DNA from: the human T2T-CHM13v2.0 reference genome, Homo sapiens | Reading direction: 5' to 3' (one strand) | Length of the DNA stretch: 64,000 nucleotides | Assembly: GCF_009914755.1 (NCBI RefSeq) | Contig: NC_060933.1 | Part shown: positions 14,630 to 28,619 of the stretch, piece by piece | Position numbering within the stretch: position 1 is the stretch's first letter | Layout of the letters: each line of letters begins with the position of its first letter | Notes under the pieces: generated by a model | Told to the model about the DNA's origin: nothing | What the model saw: only the letters and a program-made list of their open reading frames with translations | The model's database searches: none | Program-made: the position numbers and the translations under genes

Positions 14630-14990
14630 GAATGTGTTCCTCAGCCATGTTAATAGAGGTAGCAAGTTCAGAACAAAGGAGGTGACCTCCTTGCTCTTTT
14701 CAGCTGCTCAGGCCATACTTGTAGTATCAAGCTCAAGAATGCAGGACATCATACATTCAAGGGAAGGTTCATAAACAGGAAATCGTCTAGAAGGGAGCCG
14801 TCAGGATGATGGGCGGGAGAGGGGGAGGGTGTCTACTGTGTACAAAGAACAGGAGAAGAGATGAGGTCCTCCTAGCTGGACGTGAAAAGATGCCGCAGAG
14901 ACACAGCAGCTGTCTATAACCATCTGAAGCCCTGGGATTAGGACAGTGGGGGGGTTTTGCTCTCAGAGGCTTCAGAGAACAAAATGAGGA
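14630..14990 (+). mobile_element. L3/CR1 LINE fragment
   Basis: taatagaggtagcaagttcagaacaaaggaggtgacctccttgctc...ctgctcaggccatacttgtagtat resembles the CR1 RT 3' region. Confidence 0.55.
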
Positions 14991-15850
14991 CCAGAGTGTG
15001 TGTTGGAAGGGGGCAGTCCTCATAGCTGTGTGTGTTCAGAATGTGTGTTGGAAGGGGGCAGTCCTCACAGCTGACACTTTCTGGGCCCCCACTGAGTGAC
15101 CGCTGCGTCCAACACTGAGCCCTGTACCTCATCTCATTAAATACAACTCTACCAAGTAGAGACTATCATCCCTATTCTACAGATGGGGAAACTGAGGCTC
15201 AGAGACAGTCACTTGCCCAAAGTCTCCTGGCTAGTTGGAGGCAGCACCAGGATTTGAGCCGAGTCTCCCTCCAGGGCGGCTGTTCATATCCACAGGCCGC
15301 ATGCTTCCAGGAGGCAGAGCAAGGCCCTGGGCGAGGAAGTCATTTCTCATCCTGAGCTCCGTTCACGTTGGTGCCAGTGGCCTGGTGCGGAGGTGAGTCC
15401 TCAGCAGCGAGATGGCGGCTACGAACAACAGTTACAGCAATGAACGGCCAACGCTGATGAGCACCTACTGGGGCCTGGCTTTCCACAGAGCAAATGGATT
15501 AATCCTCACTGCAGCCCTGTGCAGCGGACGCCCGTCACCTCTATTTATCCATGAGAAAAGGGAGGCATGGTGAGGTTCTGTCCCTCAGCAAGAGGTCACA
15601 GGTGGCGAATGGAGGTGTGGGGACTCTGTCCAGGCAGCTTACACCAGGACCCTAGCCCTTAGCGGCCTGAACAGGTTCTTTTGGGAGGTGGAGGCACTGG
15701 CTGGCTGCCCAGCCCGGGCTACCTCTGCTGGGGCTTTGGGAGCCCCCTGAACTGAGTCCGACAGGGGTCCCCTGCTCCTCAAGGCCTGCCTGCTTCCATG
15801 GACCTGGATCTCCAAGGAGTTTTGTTAAAAGGGGCCCAGGCTGAGGGCCA

Positions 15851-16148
15851 GGCTTGCTCGGTGGCTCACACCTGTAATCCCGTCACTTTGGGAGGCCAAG
15901 GCAAGTAGATCACTTGAGGTCAGGAGTTCGAGACCAGCCTGGGCAACATGATGAAACCTCATCTCTACTAAAAATACAAAAATTAGCCAGGTGTGGTGGT
16001 GGGTGCCTGTAATCCCAGCTACTCGGGAGGCTGAGGCACGAGAATCACTTGAACCCGGGAGGTCGAGGTTGCAGTGAGTCAAGATTGCACCACTACACCC
16101 CAGCCTGGGCGACAGAGCAAAACTTTGTCTCAAACAACAAACAAAAAA
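15851..16148 (+). mobile_element. AluSz/Sx-like
   Basis: Full-length Alu, (CAA)n tail. Confidence 0.9.
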
Positions 16149-18069
16149 GGTGGGGGACAGGCAGGGAGCCATAACTGGGAGAAGGTAGCAGCCTGGGGCC
16201 CCCATCTTTTCCCCCTTCCACTCCCAGGAAGCCCAGCCTCCCTGGGGCCCCAGACTGGCTGCTCCTGATCCACCCTTTCTCCCTCCCCAAACTCCTGCTG
16301 CTCCTTCCTCCTTCATGGGAGCTTTGTCTCCAGAGCCAGGACAGAGACATTTTTCATGCTTTGCCTTGTTTCCCTTTCGGCTCTCCTGTGGCCCGGACAG
16401 AGATTTATTCGCGGCCTGACACTCGCGGCATCCCAAGCAGGGAGGGCTCAGGGAGGCACTGATGGGCCCGTAATGGATGGGGCCGCCACTCCCACAGGGC
16501 CTGGCCAGGCCCGAACCCCATCCATCAGGAGCAGCTCGGTGCCAAGGTCAGCGCTAACGAGGCTGGCCCGGCTGGTTCCCCTCGGAGCCTCCCAGGTTGC
16601 ATCGCACATGCTCTGCTCTGCCTTTGATTTTTCCAGAGCTGGGCCTCGCCCGTGTCAGGGGAGGGGCACAGCGAAAGCCCTTCTGGGAGCCAACGCTGGA
16701 GTCCAGAGTCGGGAGTCCGGCTTGGTGCCTGGCCCGGCCGTGGGCCTCTTATCGCCTCTACAGCCTCCAGCTCACAACACAATCAGAGGGGCTGCTAGGG
16801 TGAGGTTGGTTTAGCTCTTTCCGGGACACGGAGGAGATGGTGCTGCTGTGAGCCAGCCGGCACCTCCCTGGCACTGCACGAAGAACCAGGCATCAAGCCC
16901 AACACATCAGCCCACATCCCACTGTGGCAAGGGACCCCGCAAGCAAAAGTAGTCACAGAATGAGCGCGTCATGCAGAGGAGCGGTGAGCCCAGCCAGGAG
17001 GAGCTGCAGGCAGGCCCTGATACATCCCGTCGGTGGCCAGATCATCTCATCGTGTGGAGGAGCAGTGAGCTCACAGGACAGAGCTGCACGCTGGGCCCCA
17101 TCAGTCCCGTCGGAGGCCAGATGGGAGTGGCTGTTCAAGCTAGAAACCGCTGGAGCCTTGCATTCGTTTTGATGAATAATAGTGCCAGTTTCCGGGGCTA
17201 GACACCATGCTGGGTGCCTCATACACATCAACTCAAGAGATCCCCAGACGGGCCCTAAGGTAGCAACTGACTCTCTTATCCCCATTTTATAGACAAGGAA
17301 ACCAAGGCCCAGAGACACTTGTACACAGTCATGTGGTTGCAAAGGGGTCACGCTGGGATCTGATCTCAGAACCCACATTCGTTACCTCCGGCCTATGCTG
17401 AGAGTTCATTTAGTGCCCACCTGTGCTGGGCATTGTGGTGCTGGGTGTTTGGGATACAGAGAAAATAAAACACAAAACAAACCAATATGCAATCAGCAGG
17501 TATAACAGCAAGGCAGTGCATGCTGTTTCTAGTGGGCAGAGGACCCAGGAGAGAGGGCACAAGGGTACCTTCGGGTCTGCTGAGACTTGACTCTGACTCC
17601 CCCAAGCTAAACCTCCTTCAGTCCCCTGAACTCCCTCCCTCCCCACGTTTCTCTGGACTCACAGGTGCTTTTCCCTCTGCCAGGGATGCTCGTTCCCACC
17701 TTGCCTGGCGGAGGCCTCACCGTCCTTCAGACACTCCTGTGTCTCTTGCCTGGAGAGGCCACCCTGTGTGGCCACTGCCTGCAGACCTGAGCATCTCCCC
17801 CACCAGACTCAGTGGGGCGGGCCTGGTGTTGCCCACTCCTCCTTCCCCAGTGCCAAGCATGTGCCTGCCTGGAATGTTGTAGGTGCTCAGTAAACGCTTG
17901 TTGACTGACTGCGTGAGAGGGAACAGATTGCTCAAATGCAGTGCGTCCTGGATTTTGGGAACAGGCACTATTCTAGTGCCAAGAGCACATGAGACGGCCA
18001 ACTCTTTCCCGGGCACGACTCTTGCAGGGCACTGAGCTTCAGCTACAGGAGCTGTTGAAAATCATCGTT

Positions 18070-18835
<766 letters not shown>

Positions 18836-19011
18836 ATCATCGAAGCATCTTAACACAAATCAAGTCAGAGTGTCCTGCATTTTAGGTGTCGTTGGGTTTT
18901 GAGAAAACAATCTTTAGAATTATAATTTTACAATGGCTTCCCCTGGAGTCTTGCTACCTGTTGGCCCCTTATGTTTTTGTGAAAAATGCAGAAGGGGTTT
19001 GTAATCAGTCA

Positions 19012-19325
<314 letters not shown>

Positions 19326-19369
19326 TAGAGATGATAGGTATAAATGCTTTTATGAGGAGCAGGTATTTT

Positions 19370-19580
19370 ATTTTTTTAATTTAAAAAAAAATTTAATTTT
19401 TGTGGGCACATAGTGGGTGTATATGTTTATGGGGTACATGGGATGTTTCGATACTGGCATGTAATGCATAATAATCACATCGTGGAGAATGGGGTCTCCA
19501 GCTCCTCAAGCACACAATCCAATTCTACTCTTAGTTATTTTTAAATGTGCAATTAAGTTATTATTGACTCTAGTCAAGGG
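19370..19580 (-). mobile_element. L1MA-like 3' terminal fragment
   Basis: ttttgtgggcacatagtgggtgtatatgtttatggggtacatg...taataatcacatcgtggagaatgggg. Confidence 0.75.
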
Positions 19581-20249
19581 AGCAAAACATTTTAACCAAT
19601 CCTTTCTTTTGTGTTTATTAGAAAACTTTCCAAACAAATAGAAAAGTTCAGAAGCAACATAACTAACTCCCGTGAACCCACTACCTGGATTTAGCACGCT
19701 AACCATCTGGCCGCTTTCGCTTCTGATCCTTTCCTTTAATATTGAAGAAATAAAACGTGTCAAACACAATCTGAAGCCCCTGTGCACACCTTCCTAGCCT
19801 CAGCCCCTCCCCGTCTTCCCTGAGGACCCTCCCGAGGTTGGAGCACGCATGCTTTCCACCCAGCGTGCCCAGTTTTGCTCTGTCGTTAGCGATCCATAAA
19901 TCATAGGGACTACTGAGCGGGGTCCTGTGCCCTGGAAGTCACTCTGCACATGACTCGCTCATCTCATGACACACATTTGCAACATCACCCTGTCCCACTG
20001 TCTGAGTCGTCCGCCACAGGTGTACCCATCTCTCTACTGCTAAGGTGTTTCTCGTGTCCCCCCATGACAAGGCCCCCACCGGCACCCTGGCACACCTGGT
20101 GCCCCTGTGCGAGGGTCCTCGGGGTTGATGTCCACGAGCAGAGCTGCTGGTTGGAATGAGACCTCCTCTGCCTGTGCCGACAACCCCAATTGTCCTTCCG
20201 GGTGCTGGCCCCATCTGCCCTCCCATCTTCTCAACTTTTTCTACCTCCT

Positions 20250-20663
20250 CTGTGTCATTGACCACGGGTGACTGTGAGGAGACGACCCTTCCCCTGTACC
20301 CCTGACCACAGATGACAGTGAGGAGATCTCCCTCCCGTGTCCCTGACCATGGGTGACAGTGAGATGACCCTTCCCCTGTGTCACTGAACACGGGTGACAG
20401 TGAGGAGATGCCCCCGTCTTGTGTCCCTGACCACAGGTGATGGTGAGATGACCCTTCACCTATATCCCTGAACACAGGTGACAGTGAGGAGATCCCCCTC
20501 CCCTGTGTCCCTGACCACGGGTGACAGTGAGGAGACGCCCCTTCCCTGTGTCATTGACCACGAGTGAGAGTGAGGGGACGCCCCCTTCCCTGTGTTATTG
20601 ACCATGGTGACAGGAGACGCCCCTCCCCTGTGTCATTGACCACGGGTGATAGTGAGGAGATGC
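20250..20663. repeat. minisatellite, about 10 copies of a 38-44 bp unit (cctgtgtcattgaccacgggtgacagtgaggagacgccccttc)
   Basis: Units read directly. Confidence 0.9.
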
Positions 20664-21439
20664 TCTGTCCTCCTGGTCAGGCAAAGGATGGGTATCAATG
20701 ATCACCTTGGAAAAGGGGTAACTGAGGCCCACAGGTGAGGCTGTCCGCTGAGTTACACACACTTGTTGAGAATCCAGTCTCCTAACACCCAGTCTGTGGG
20801 GTCTGCCATCCTCACTACCTCCGGGCAGAGGTGCCCACCTGGGACTCACCTTTGCCCCCGGAGCCAGGATCCCCCTGCCCAGTCGGTTTCTGAGTGGCCT
20901 GGCGGATCTCCTGTTCTCAGCCCTTTCCATTTTGGCTTCACCGAGCGCTGCCTTCCTTGCCGCCTGCTGCCTGCACCGGTGCCGGAACTGCTAATTGAAT
21001 TCATCCTTGTGAAAAGTGTTAACACGTTGCAAATGACCTCTCATTCAGATTTAGAAGTCAGGTGTGTGCCGCTAACCAAGCCTCCCGGCGTCATTAGCTT
21101 TTATGTTGGATCCACAAACAATTAAAAAGTAGCCACAAGCCCAGAGGTCCTCTTCTCTAATTAGTTCTAAGAGTCCTGTTAGGGAGACAGGCGGGGCCTC
21201 AGTTCCACCCCTCTTCCTAGAAGAAACAGGCCCTGGAGCCAAGGGGTGAATTAAGAAAAAGGCAATGAGGGGATGAGGGTGGGCCAAGGGGTGCAGCAGC
21301 CTCCGGGGCGCCAGAGCTCAGCCCCCCAGCCCGCCCCAGCTCTCTGCTGGGAGGACAGAAGTGCTGGGGGCCAGCAAGTGGAGGGTCCCCTGCCCGGGAA
21401 AGGCTCAGAGTTGGGACTCTCAAAGGGTGCCAGGGAACA

Positions 21440-21620
21440 CGTGTGCCAGAACCACTTGGCGGGGGTGGGGGAGGCACCCTTGTTAAAATGCAGATTCCTT
21501 GCCACCACCCCATCCCCAGGCCCAGAGAGCCAGAATGTCTGGGGGTGGAAGGTGACATCTCTACTTTTACTAAGCTCTCTAGGTGATTCTTATTCACTCT
21601 TCGGACAGAGAACCCCGGCT
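21440..21620. mobile_element. MER5A-like DNA transposon relic
   Basis: ttgttaaaatgcagattcc...cagaatgtctggggg...taagctctctaggtgattctt. Confidence 0.7.
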
Positions 21621-22329
21621 CCACATTCTGAGGGAAGGAGAGACTGTGTCAAATGCAACTTCTTATTCAGGCGGAGGCCTGTGTCTTTGGGTCCAGGGCA
21701 GCTGGACCTGAGGGCTGACACCTCCCTCCCAGGGCTGCAGGAGGACTCTGGCACCCCTGGGCACACTTGCCTTCCTGTGTCCCTTCCTCTGTTTAAAAAA
21801 ATCTATTTTATGGTTATGTTAGTATAAAGATGAATATAATCCAGGCTGAATTATTTTTATTTTTTTCTGATTTTAAAAGAAATTTAAATATTTTATGAGT
21901 CCCTAAAAGTGTCTTGGGCCCAGGCACGGGGCCTTCTCGGCCTGATGGGCGGGCTGGTCCTAGTTCTTCCTTTCAGGCCTCATTACTCCTTTCCCTCCTG
22001 GAAAGGAGGAATTCCCTCTTCTCTCTCCCCTCCTTGCCTCTCCTGGCACCCCTTTCTGCAGCGAGCAGAGATGAAGGCAGAGAGAGGATAGAGAACTTGC
22101 CTTGAAGCCTGAAGACTCGAGACTCAACACAGACCTCTCCCATTTCCATGGTGAGGAACTTTGAGAAGGCCACACACTCTCCAGGGCCTCCGTTTCTCCG
22201 TCGGTCAGTGGGATTAACACTCCTTCCACTACAGGAAAAAAATTGTGTCAAATCCATCAGTGAATAGTTCCTTGGGCTCTTGGGAAGAGAGAGAGGCACC
22301 AAGTATTTTTGTTGTTTAATTGGCGTAGA

Positions 22330-22670
22330 ACCAGGGTTACAAATTCATGAGCCTGCAGAGGCCTGGCAGATAAAAGGGGAGGCTGGCCCTGTGTAAGGCT
22401 ATAGGGAGTGGTGGGGACTGCAGCAAACTGGGGCACATACCTGGTCTAAAGTTGGCAGCTCCAGCCAGTTGTGGACACATAGGAATGTGTACCAGTGTTA
22501 CCAGATCATCTAACATCTCAGTAAACAAAGCCAGGCATTTGGACTTTTATGTGAATCTTCTGATTTTTAAAAAAATATATATTGGTTACTTAAGATTTCA
22601 AAATGCTACAGGCCAAACTAAGCATGTCTGCAGGCCAGACCTGGCCTAGAGTCTGCTATTTGCAACCATT
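22330..22670. mobile_element. MER102-like hAT relic
   Basis: cagggttacaaattc...ccagtgttaccagatc...ggacttttatgtgaatcttctgattttt...caggccagacctggcc...atttgcaacc. Confidence 0.55.
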
Positions 22671-22829
22671 TTAGGGCAGTAGTCACCCAACGCTGATCCT
22701 GAGTGAGTTATTTAATCTTGTTGAACTCCAGTTTATTTATACAAAAAGTGGGGCTGACATAATAGTAGTTCCTGTCTAGTAGGTTTCTTGTCGGGATGAA
22801 ATGATGCGGTCCCTGGAACTTGAGTGCAG

Positions 22830-22951
22830 TGTGGAAAGGAGGTGGGTGTGGTTCCAAAGGACAAGAGGAGAGAGCTTGTGGGAATGGAATGTTCTGTGTC
22901 TTGACTATGGTGGTGGATACATAAAACAACACATGATTAAACCACACAGAA

Positions 22952-22990
<39 letters not shown>

Positions 22991-23185
22991 TATGGGCGAA
23001 ATCAGGGAAATCTGAATGACGTTGTTGGACTGTATCAATGCCATTATCCTGGCTGTGATTTTATTCTACAGTTACCATTGGGGGAAACTGGGTAAGGGGC
23101 ACGTGGGATCTCTCTGCATCATTTCGTACAAACTGCAAGTGAATCTACAATGATCTCCATAAAAGTTTCAGTTTAAAAAAAAATA
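22830..23185 (+). mobile_element. L1MC/MD-like 3' end containing a (CA)n microsatellite (about 22954-22988)
   Basis: atgttctgtgtcttgactatggtggtggatac...gttaccattgggggaaactgggtaaggggcacgtgggatctctctg. Confidence 0.7.
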
Positions 23186-23659
23186 GATTTAGTGGTAGCT
23201 TTGGTACCCACGGGCAATGTTATAATCGCTTGTTAGAAAAAAACCACGGTGAAACTGTAGGCACAAGCAAAGTGCTCAGTAAACAGCCATGGAAGTCACT
23301 TGACAGTCGGACAGCCACGTCATTCAGGAAGCCCTGGGTGCCAAGGAAAAAGGGAGACACCCCAGCCCTGCAGCACGCAGCTCGGGGCTGTGTGAGAACA
23401 CGAGGGCGGTCTTCAGAAACCCCATCCGGCAGGTGGAGAGGGTGGATCTCCCTAGACGGCTCCACTTCTGGGTGTCCCTCATGGATCGGGTGTCGATTTC
23501 GTATCGTGGAGAGAAGCCCAGCCCTCCAGCCTTCTCCCTCCTCCCAAACCAGCCATCTACGGTCTCAGGCCCAGCCTCAGAGGCCACCATCCGCCCCTCC
23601 GTCCCTTCTCAGCTGCGAGGGTGCCAGCAACTCCCCGGCCCCCGGGAGCAGCAGACTGC

Positions 23660-24460
23660 TGGCATATTAGAGATGGATTTTAATTTTATTTTAACAAAAT
23701 AGCTGTCTCCACTGGAAGAAGCATCAAGAGCCAAATAAGGACCCGTCTTGAGTGGAATCACGTTGAACAGACCTCGGCGCTGTCATTGATTTTCCAGGAA
23801 GAAAAAAATCGCCTCTGGCTACTAAACCGAATTAGTAGTCACTGATGACCAATTATTTTAGCCTGCTGTGAACGGAGAGCCGTACTAAAATCCAGTTTGT
23901 CAGACCCAAGTCTCCCTTCTGAAACACCTTTCAACAAATGTGTACCTAAAGTCCCTCAGAAGGCTCCTCCAGCTTCCTCTCTTCCGCCAAGTTCTCCAGC
24001 TCCACAAAGTTTTAATGAGCAGCGAAGATGAAGATGGGTTGCCATGAAAGGGCCCCTCTAATCCACAGAGCACTCCTGGCAGAGCGGAGCCGCACCGGCA
24101 AATCAGAGCTGTCAGCCCTCATCCCCCGCACACACAAAGTGTCAGCCTAATGTTTGCAAATGATAATTTCCATTTCCCCTGCACATCCCCTGTGCCTGCA
24201 TCGGAGATCAACCCCTGGTCTGGGGTATCAATCGCGGAGCAGTCAGGATGGGTTTGATGGAACTAATTTGAAGTTTCTGGGAGGCCTATCCCAAGTAGGA
24301 GCTGATTTCATTTCATTCCCCCTTTTTCGCTTTATGGGACTGAGTTTTGACCCGGTTTTGTTGCTAGTGGGCGCGTCCGGTGGTGAGAAACTTTTCTGGG
24401 GGGTTCCTGCCAGGTTATCAGCAAATAATTTGTCGAAGCTCTTAGCAGGGGCCCTGTCAT
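23660..24460. promoter_or_regulatory. candidate enhancer island
   Basis: Repeat-free; CArG CCAAATAAGG 23731, TTCCAGGAA 23792, several CTGTCA, CCAATTA, TAATCC. Confidence 0.4.
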
Positions 24461-25506
24461 CACGACACAGGCTGTTCAGGAGTCCACAGGCAAGCCCAAA
24501 GCCCGGCTTTCCAAACAGTAGAAACAGCAGCTTGGAAGCCCTCACAGCCCGAGTGTGAGGGCCTGAGACCCCTGGATGGGGCCCAGCGTGGAAGTCAGGA
24601 CAAATCGGACTCCTTTGTGTAGGGGAAACACTCACTCAGAAGTCCAGGCAAGCAAACTGCCAACAAGCACAGCTTGACCAAGCTACCTCCACCTGGACGA
24701 GATGACTGGATCATTCAGACCCGCCTTGGAGCCGCTCAGCACACAGCTTAACCATTAGGGGCAAAAAGCCTCAGGGCCAGGGGAACCCGGATTCGGATCC
24801 TGGCTCTCCTGTCTGGCTACTCTGCATCCCTGAGCATCACACGGGCAACTCGCTCCATTTCTCTGAGCCTCAATTTCCCCTTCTGAAAGCCAGGAGTCTC
24901 CATCCTCCCTTCCAGAATTGTGAGGACTCGGTGAGCTTTGCACGTGGAGGGCTTGGTATAGAAAGTGCTCGTTAGGATGGGAGGCATTTGGAATCGCTCT
25001 TATTCTTCAGGGTGGATCAGGCCCATCTCCAGCTGGCGGTCCTGCCTGTGTTCACCCTGTTCCCTGTCTGGAGCTCTCCTGCCCGGCCACCTTCCACCCA
25101 TCCCCAGAGATCTGTCCAAAGCCTCAGAGGAGATGTCCCTCATCCAACCCACTTGCTGGATTAACCTTTCTCTCCTCTGAGCTCCGGCCACACTGCAGGT
25201 GGCTGTCTACACTGGCATTGGCCCTTGGCACTGCAGGGCGATAGGGCTGCAGCGTGGCTACCCCCACAGGCTTACGATTCGAATGACTACTGCGTGGTCT
25301 TGAGCAAGACAGTGGCGTTCCCTGGGCCTCAGATTTCTCATCTGTAAAGTGAGGATATTGATATCAGTCTCTCGAGTTGTTGTCCCAAGGATTGAGGAGG
25401 CAGGCAGGGAGTGTGAGCTGTGAGGATGGTTATTTCTGCTGTATGCTCTGTGACCCCAGAGGGCAGGGAGCCACCCCCATGTTCAGACATACCATTAATG
25501 CTCTTA

Positions 25507-26513
25507 GATGGTCCGGATGGGTGGATGGATAGGTGGGTGGGTGGGTGAATGAATGGATGGATGGATGGGTGGGTGGGTAGGTGAGTGGGTGGATGGTTGG
25601 GTGGATGGATGGATAGGTGGATGGATGAGTGAGTGGGTGGGTGGATGGATGGGTGGATGGATGAATGGATGGATGGGTGGGTGAATGAATGGATGGATGG
25701 ATGGGTGGGTGGGCAAGTGGGTGGATGGTTGGGTGGATGGATGGATAGGTGGATGGATGGGTGGGCGGGTGGGTAGATGGATGGATGGATGAGTGGGTGG
25801 GTGGATGCATGGATGGATGGGTGGGTGGGTAGATGGATGGATGGATGAGTGGGTGGGTGGATGCATGGATGGATGGGTGGGTCGGTGGGTGGATGGATGG
25901 ATGGATGAATGGATGGATGGGTGGGTGAATGGATGGATGGGTGGGTGGCTGGGCAAGTGGATGGATAGTTGGGTGGATGGATGGTTAGGTGGATGGATGG
26001 GTGGGTGGGTGGGTAGATGGATGGATGGATGAGTGGGTGGGTGGATGCATGGATGGATGGGTGGATGGATGGGTGGGTGGGTGGGTAGATGGATGGATGG
26101 ATGGGTGGGTAGATGGATGAATGGATGGATGGATGGATAGATGGATGGATGGATGGATGGATGGATGGATGGATGGATGGATGGTTGGGTGGGTAGGTGG
26201 ATGGGCAGATGGATGGATGGATGGATGGATGGATGGATGGATGAGTGGGTGGGTGGATGGGTGGGTGGGTGGGTAGATGGATGAATGGATGGGTGGATGG
26301 ATGGATGGATGGGTGGATGGATGGATGGATGGGTGGATAGATGGATGGATGGATGGATGGATGAATGGGTGGGTGGATGGATGGATGGATGGATGGGTGG
26401 GTGGGTGGATGAATGGATGGATGGATGGATGGATAGGTGGATGGATGGGTGGGTGGATGGGAGGATGGGTGGATGGATGGATGAACGGGTGGGTGGATGG
26501 GTGGATGGATGGA
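25507..26513. repeat. about 1-kb (GGAT/GGGT)n compound microsatellite
   Basis: Read directly; source of the His/Pro and Trp/Met/Gly ORFs. Confidence 0.97.
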
Positions 26514-26912
26514 CTAACGAACGAGTGAACGTAGAGTTGAGATCTCATTCATGAGGTGCACTGCCCTTCTGCTGTCCCCTTCCTCCCCCTGAAATGTCCT
26601 TGGGCCCTCAAATCCTGTACCATTCCCCCTCCCCCAGGTTAATCCACTCTGCTACACCGCAACAGTGTCTGGCATCATGCCCCCTCCCCTCTCCTCTCAC
26701 TCAGAAACCATCTCTAGTACGTTCATAAAGCCTTTCCTCTGCTATAACTCCTGCCTCAGCCATTTACTCCTCAATCTTGTCTTTTTAGTTTTTCTTTTGA
26801 AACAGCCTTATTGAGGTGTAATTTCCAGACAATACAATGATCCATGCACAATTTGATGAGTTTTGACAAATTTATACACCTGGGTATCCAATGAAGATAT
26901 AGTACATTTCCA

Positions 26913-27192
26913 GGCCAGGCACAGCAGCTCACACCTGTAATCCCAGGACTTCAGGAGGCCAAGGTGGGAAGATTGCTTGAGGCCAGGTGTTCAATACCAG
27001 CCTGGGCAACATAGTGAGACTCCCACCTCTACAAAAATTTAAAAATTAGCCAGTTACGGTGGTGAGTGTTGTAGTCCCAGCTACTCAGGAGGCTGAGGCG
27101 AGGGGATTGCTTGAGTCTGGGAGATTAAAGCTGCAGTGAGCTAGGATCGCACCACCGCACACCAGCCAGTTTCTAAATAAATAAATTAATTA
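26913..27192 (+). mobile_element. AluJ-like inserted in an L1ME fragment
   Basis: TSD aagata(t/c)ag(t/a)acatttcca. Confidence 0.85.
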
Positions 27193-28311
27193 AAAGATAC
27201 AGAACATTTCCATATCCCAGAAGTCTCTCATGTCCCTTCTCAGTCAGTGCCTTCCCCTGCCTCCAGGAGGATCCCCAGCCCTCACCAAGCTCCTGGCCTC
27301 AGGTCCGGTGTGGACCTGACCCAATTCCTTCTGCCCCCTGGCCCAGGAGCCCCTCCCCAGACACTGGCGCAGGGCCAGCCCTCCATTCCTCTCTCCCTGG
27401 GCTCTGAAGAGCCTCGAAGGCCAGGAGGGCCGTGCTGCCTAGGAGCAGCCCGCAGTCCTGCATCCCCACCCCACTGCCCGGGCAGACCCTTTCAGTATCA
27501 CACAGAAGCACAGATGTTCCCAAGCCTGAATTACCTCTGAACACAGTCCTGAAGATTCATAAGGAACAGGTCTGAGAGCAGCAGATCTCCCTGGCTCCTC
27601 CAGCCTGTCCTCGGCTTCAGGAACCTCCTCTCATTCGTCTTCAGGAAGGGGTTGCTTCCATGGCGTCTGCCGGCCTGGCTGGGCTCTCTGTTCTCCAGGG
27701 CAGTGAGGATCCAGGATCGGCCCTGACATGCCGACTTAATGGCTGATCTTCCCATGAGAGAGAGAGAAGGGAATCAAGAGGCCACGTGTCCTCGGTGCTT
27801 GCACCCGTCCTGAAGGATATCGGGGCCACCCCACCCCCATCACTAGGTTCCCCAAGGAAAAGCCCATTTCTTCCAAAGACCTCCTCCTGGGCATTGCAGT
27901 TGAGGCCACATGTCCTCAGGAAAGGAGTTTCCAAAGGCTTCCAGAGTCACTCAGCTTCTCTACTGAGTGCAGACGGTCCAGGCCTGGAGATTTGGAGAGG
28001 ACAACCCAGCACCATCCCTGCTCCGTGGAGCTCAGAGCCTGGTGGGAAAGGTGGACCCTGAGCCGACTATTATAAAGAACTTCAAACACCTCGCATGTGC
28101 AAAGTGCAGGCATGGCAGAGTGGGCAGAGCTAAGGGAGGTCTCGAGAGGTGTCCGCCAGGCGAAGGAGAGGAGTCCAGGAAGAAGTATGGGAGGACTCTG
28201 CATTTGGGAGGGGGTAGGAGAGGGACTGAGCTGGAGACCCTCGAGAATCATGCACTCCCAGGGGCAATGGGAAGCCACCGGTTGTGCTGAGAAAGACAGA
28301 AATAGACTTGC

Positions 28312-28619
<308 letters not shown>

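Noticed and set aside
15405-15419. YY1/CTCF-like CAGCGAGATGGCGGC
   Set aside because: Isolated imperfect match beside repeat-like sequence; expected by chance
15825-16436. 203-aa minus-strand ORF
   Set aside because: C-terminal half is Alu; no recognisable protein
19939-20663. 178-aa ORF and possible CRISPR-like array
   Set aside because: Head-to-tail degenerate minisatellite with no unique spacers, in primate DNA, with no cas genes
23230-23702. Overlapping 146-aa and 89-aa ORFs in CpG-richer DNA
   Set aside because: No recognisable homology or exon structure; stop-poor GC-rich sequence
25430-26554. Long His/Pro-rich and Trp/Met/Gly-rich ORFs (up to 187 aa)
   Set aside because: They are translations of the (GGAT/GGGT)n microsatellite, with no splice or coding signature
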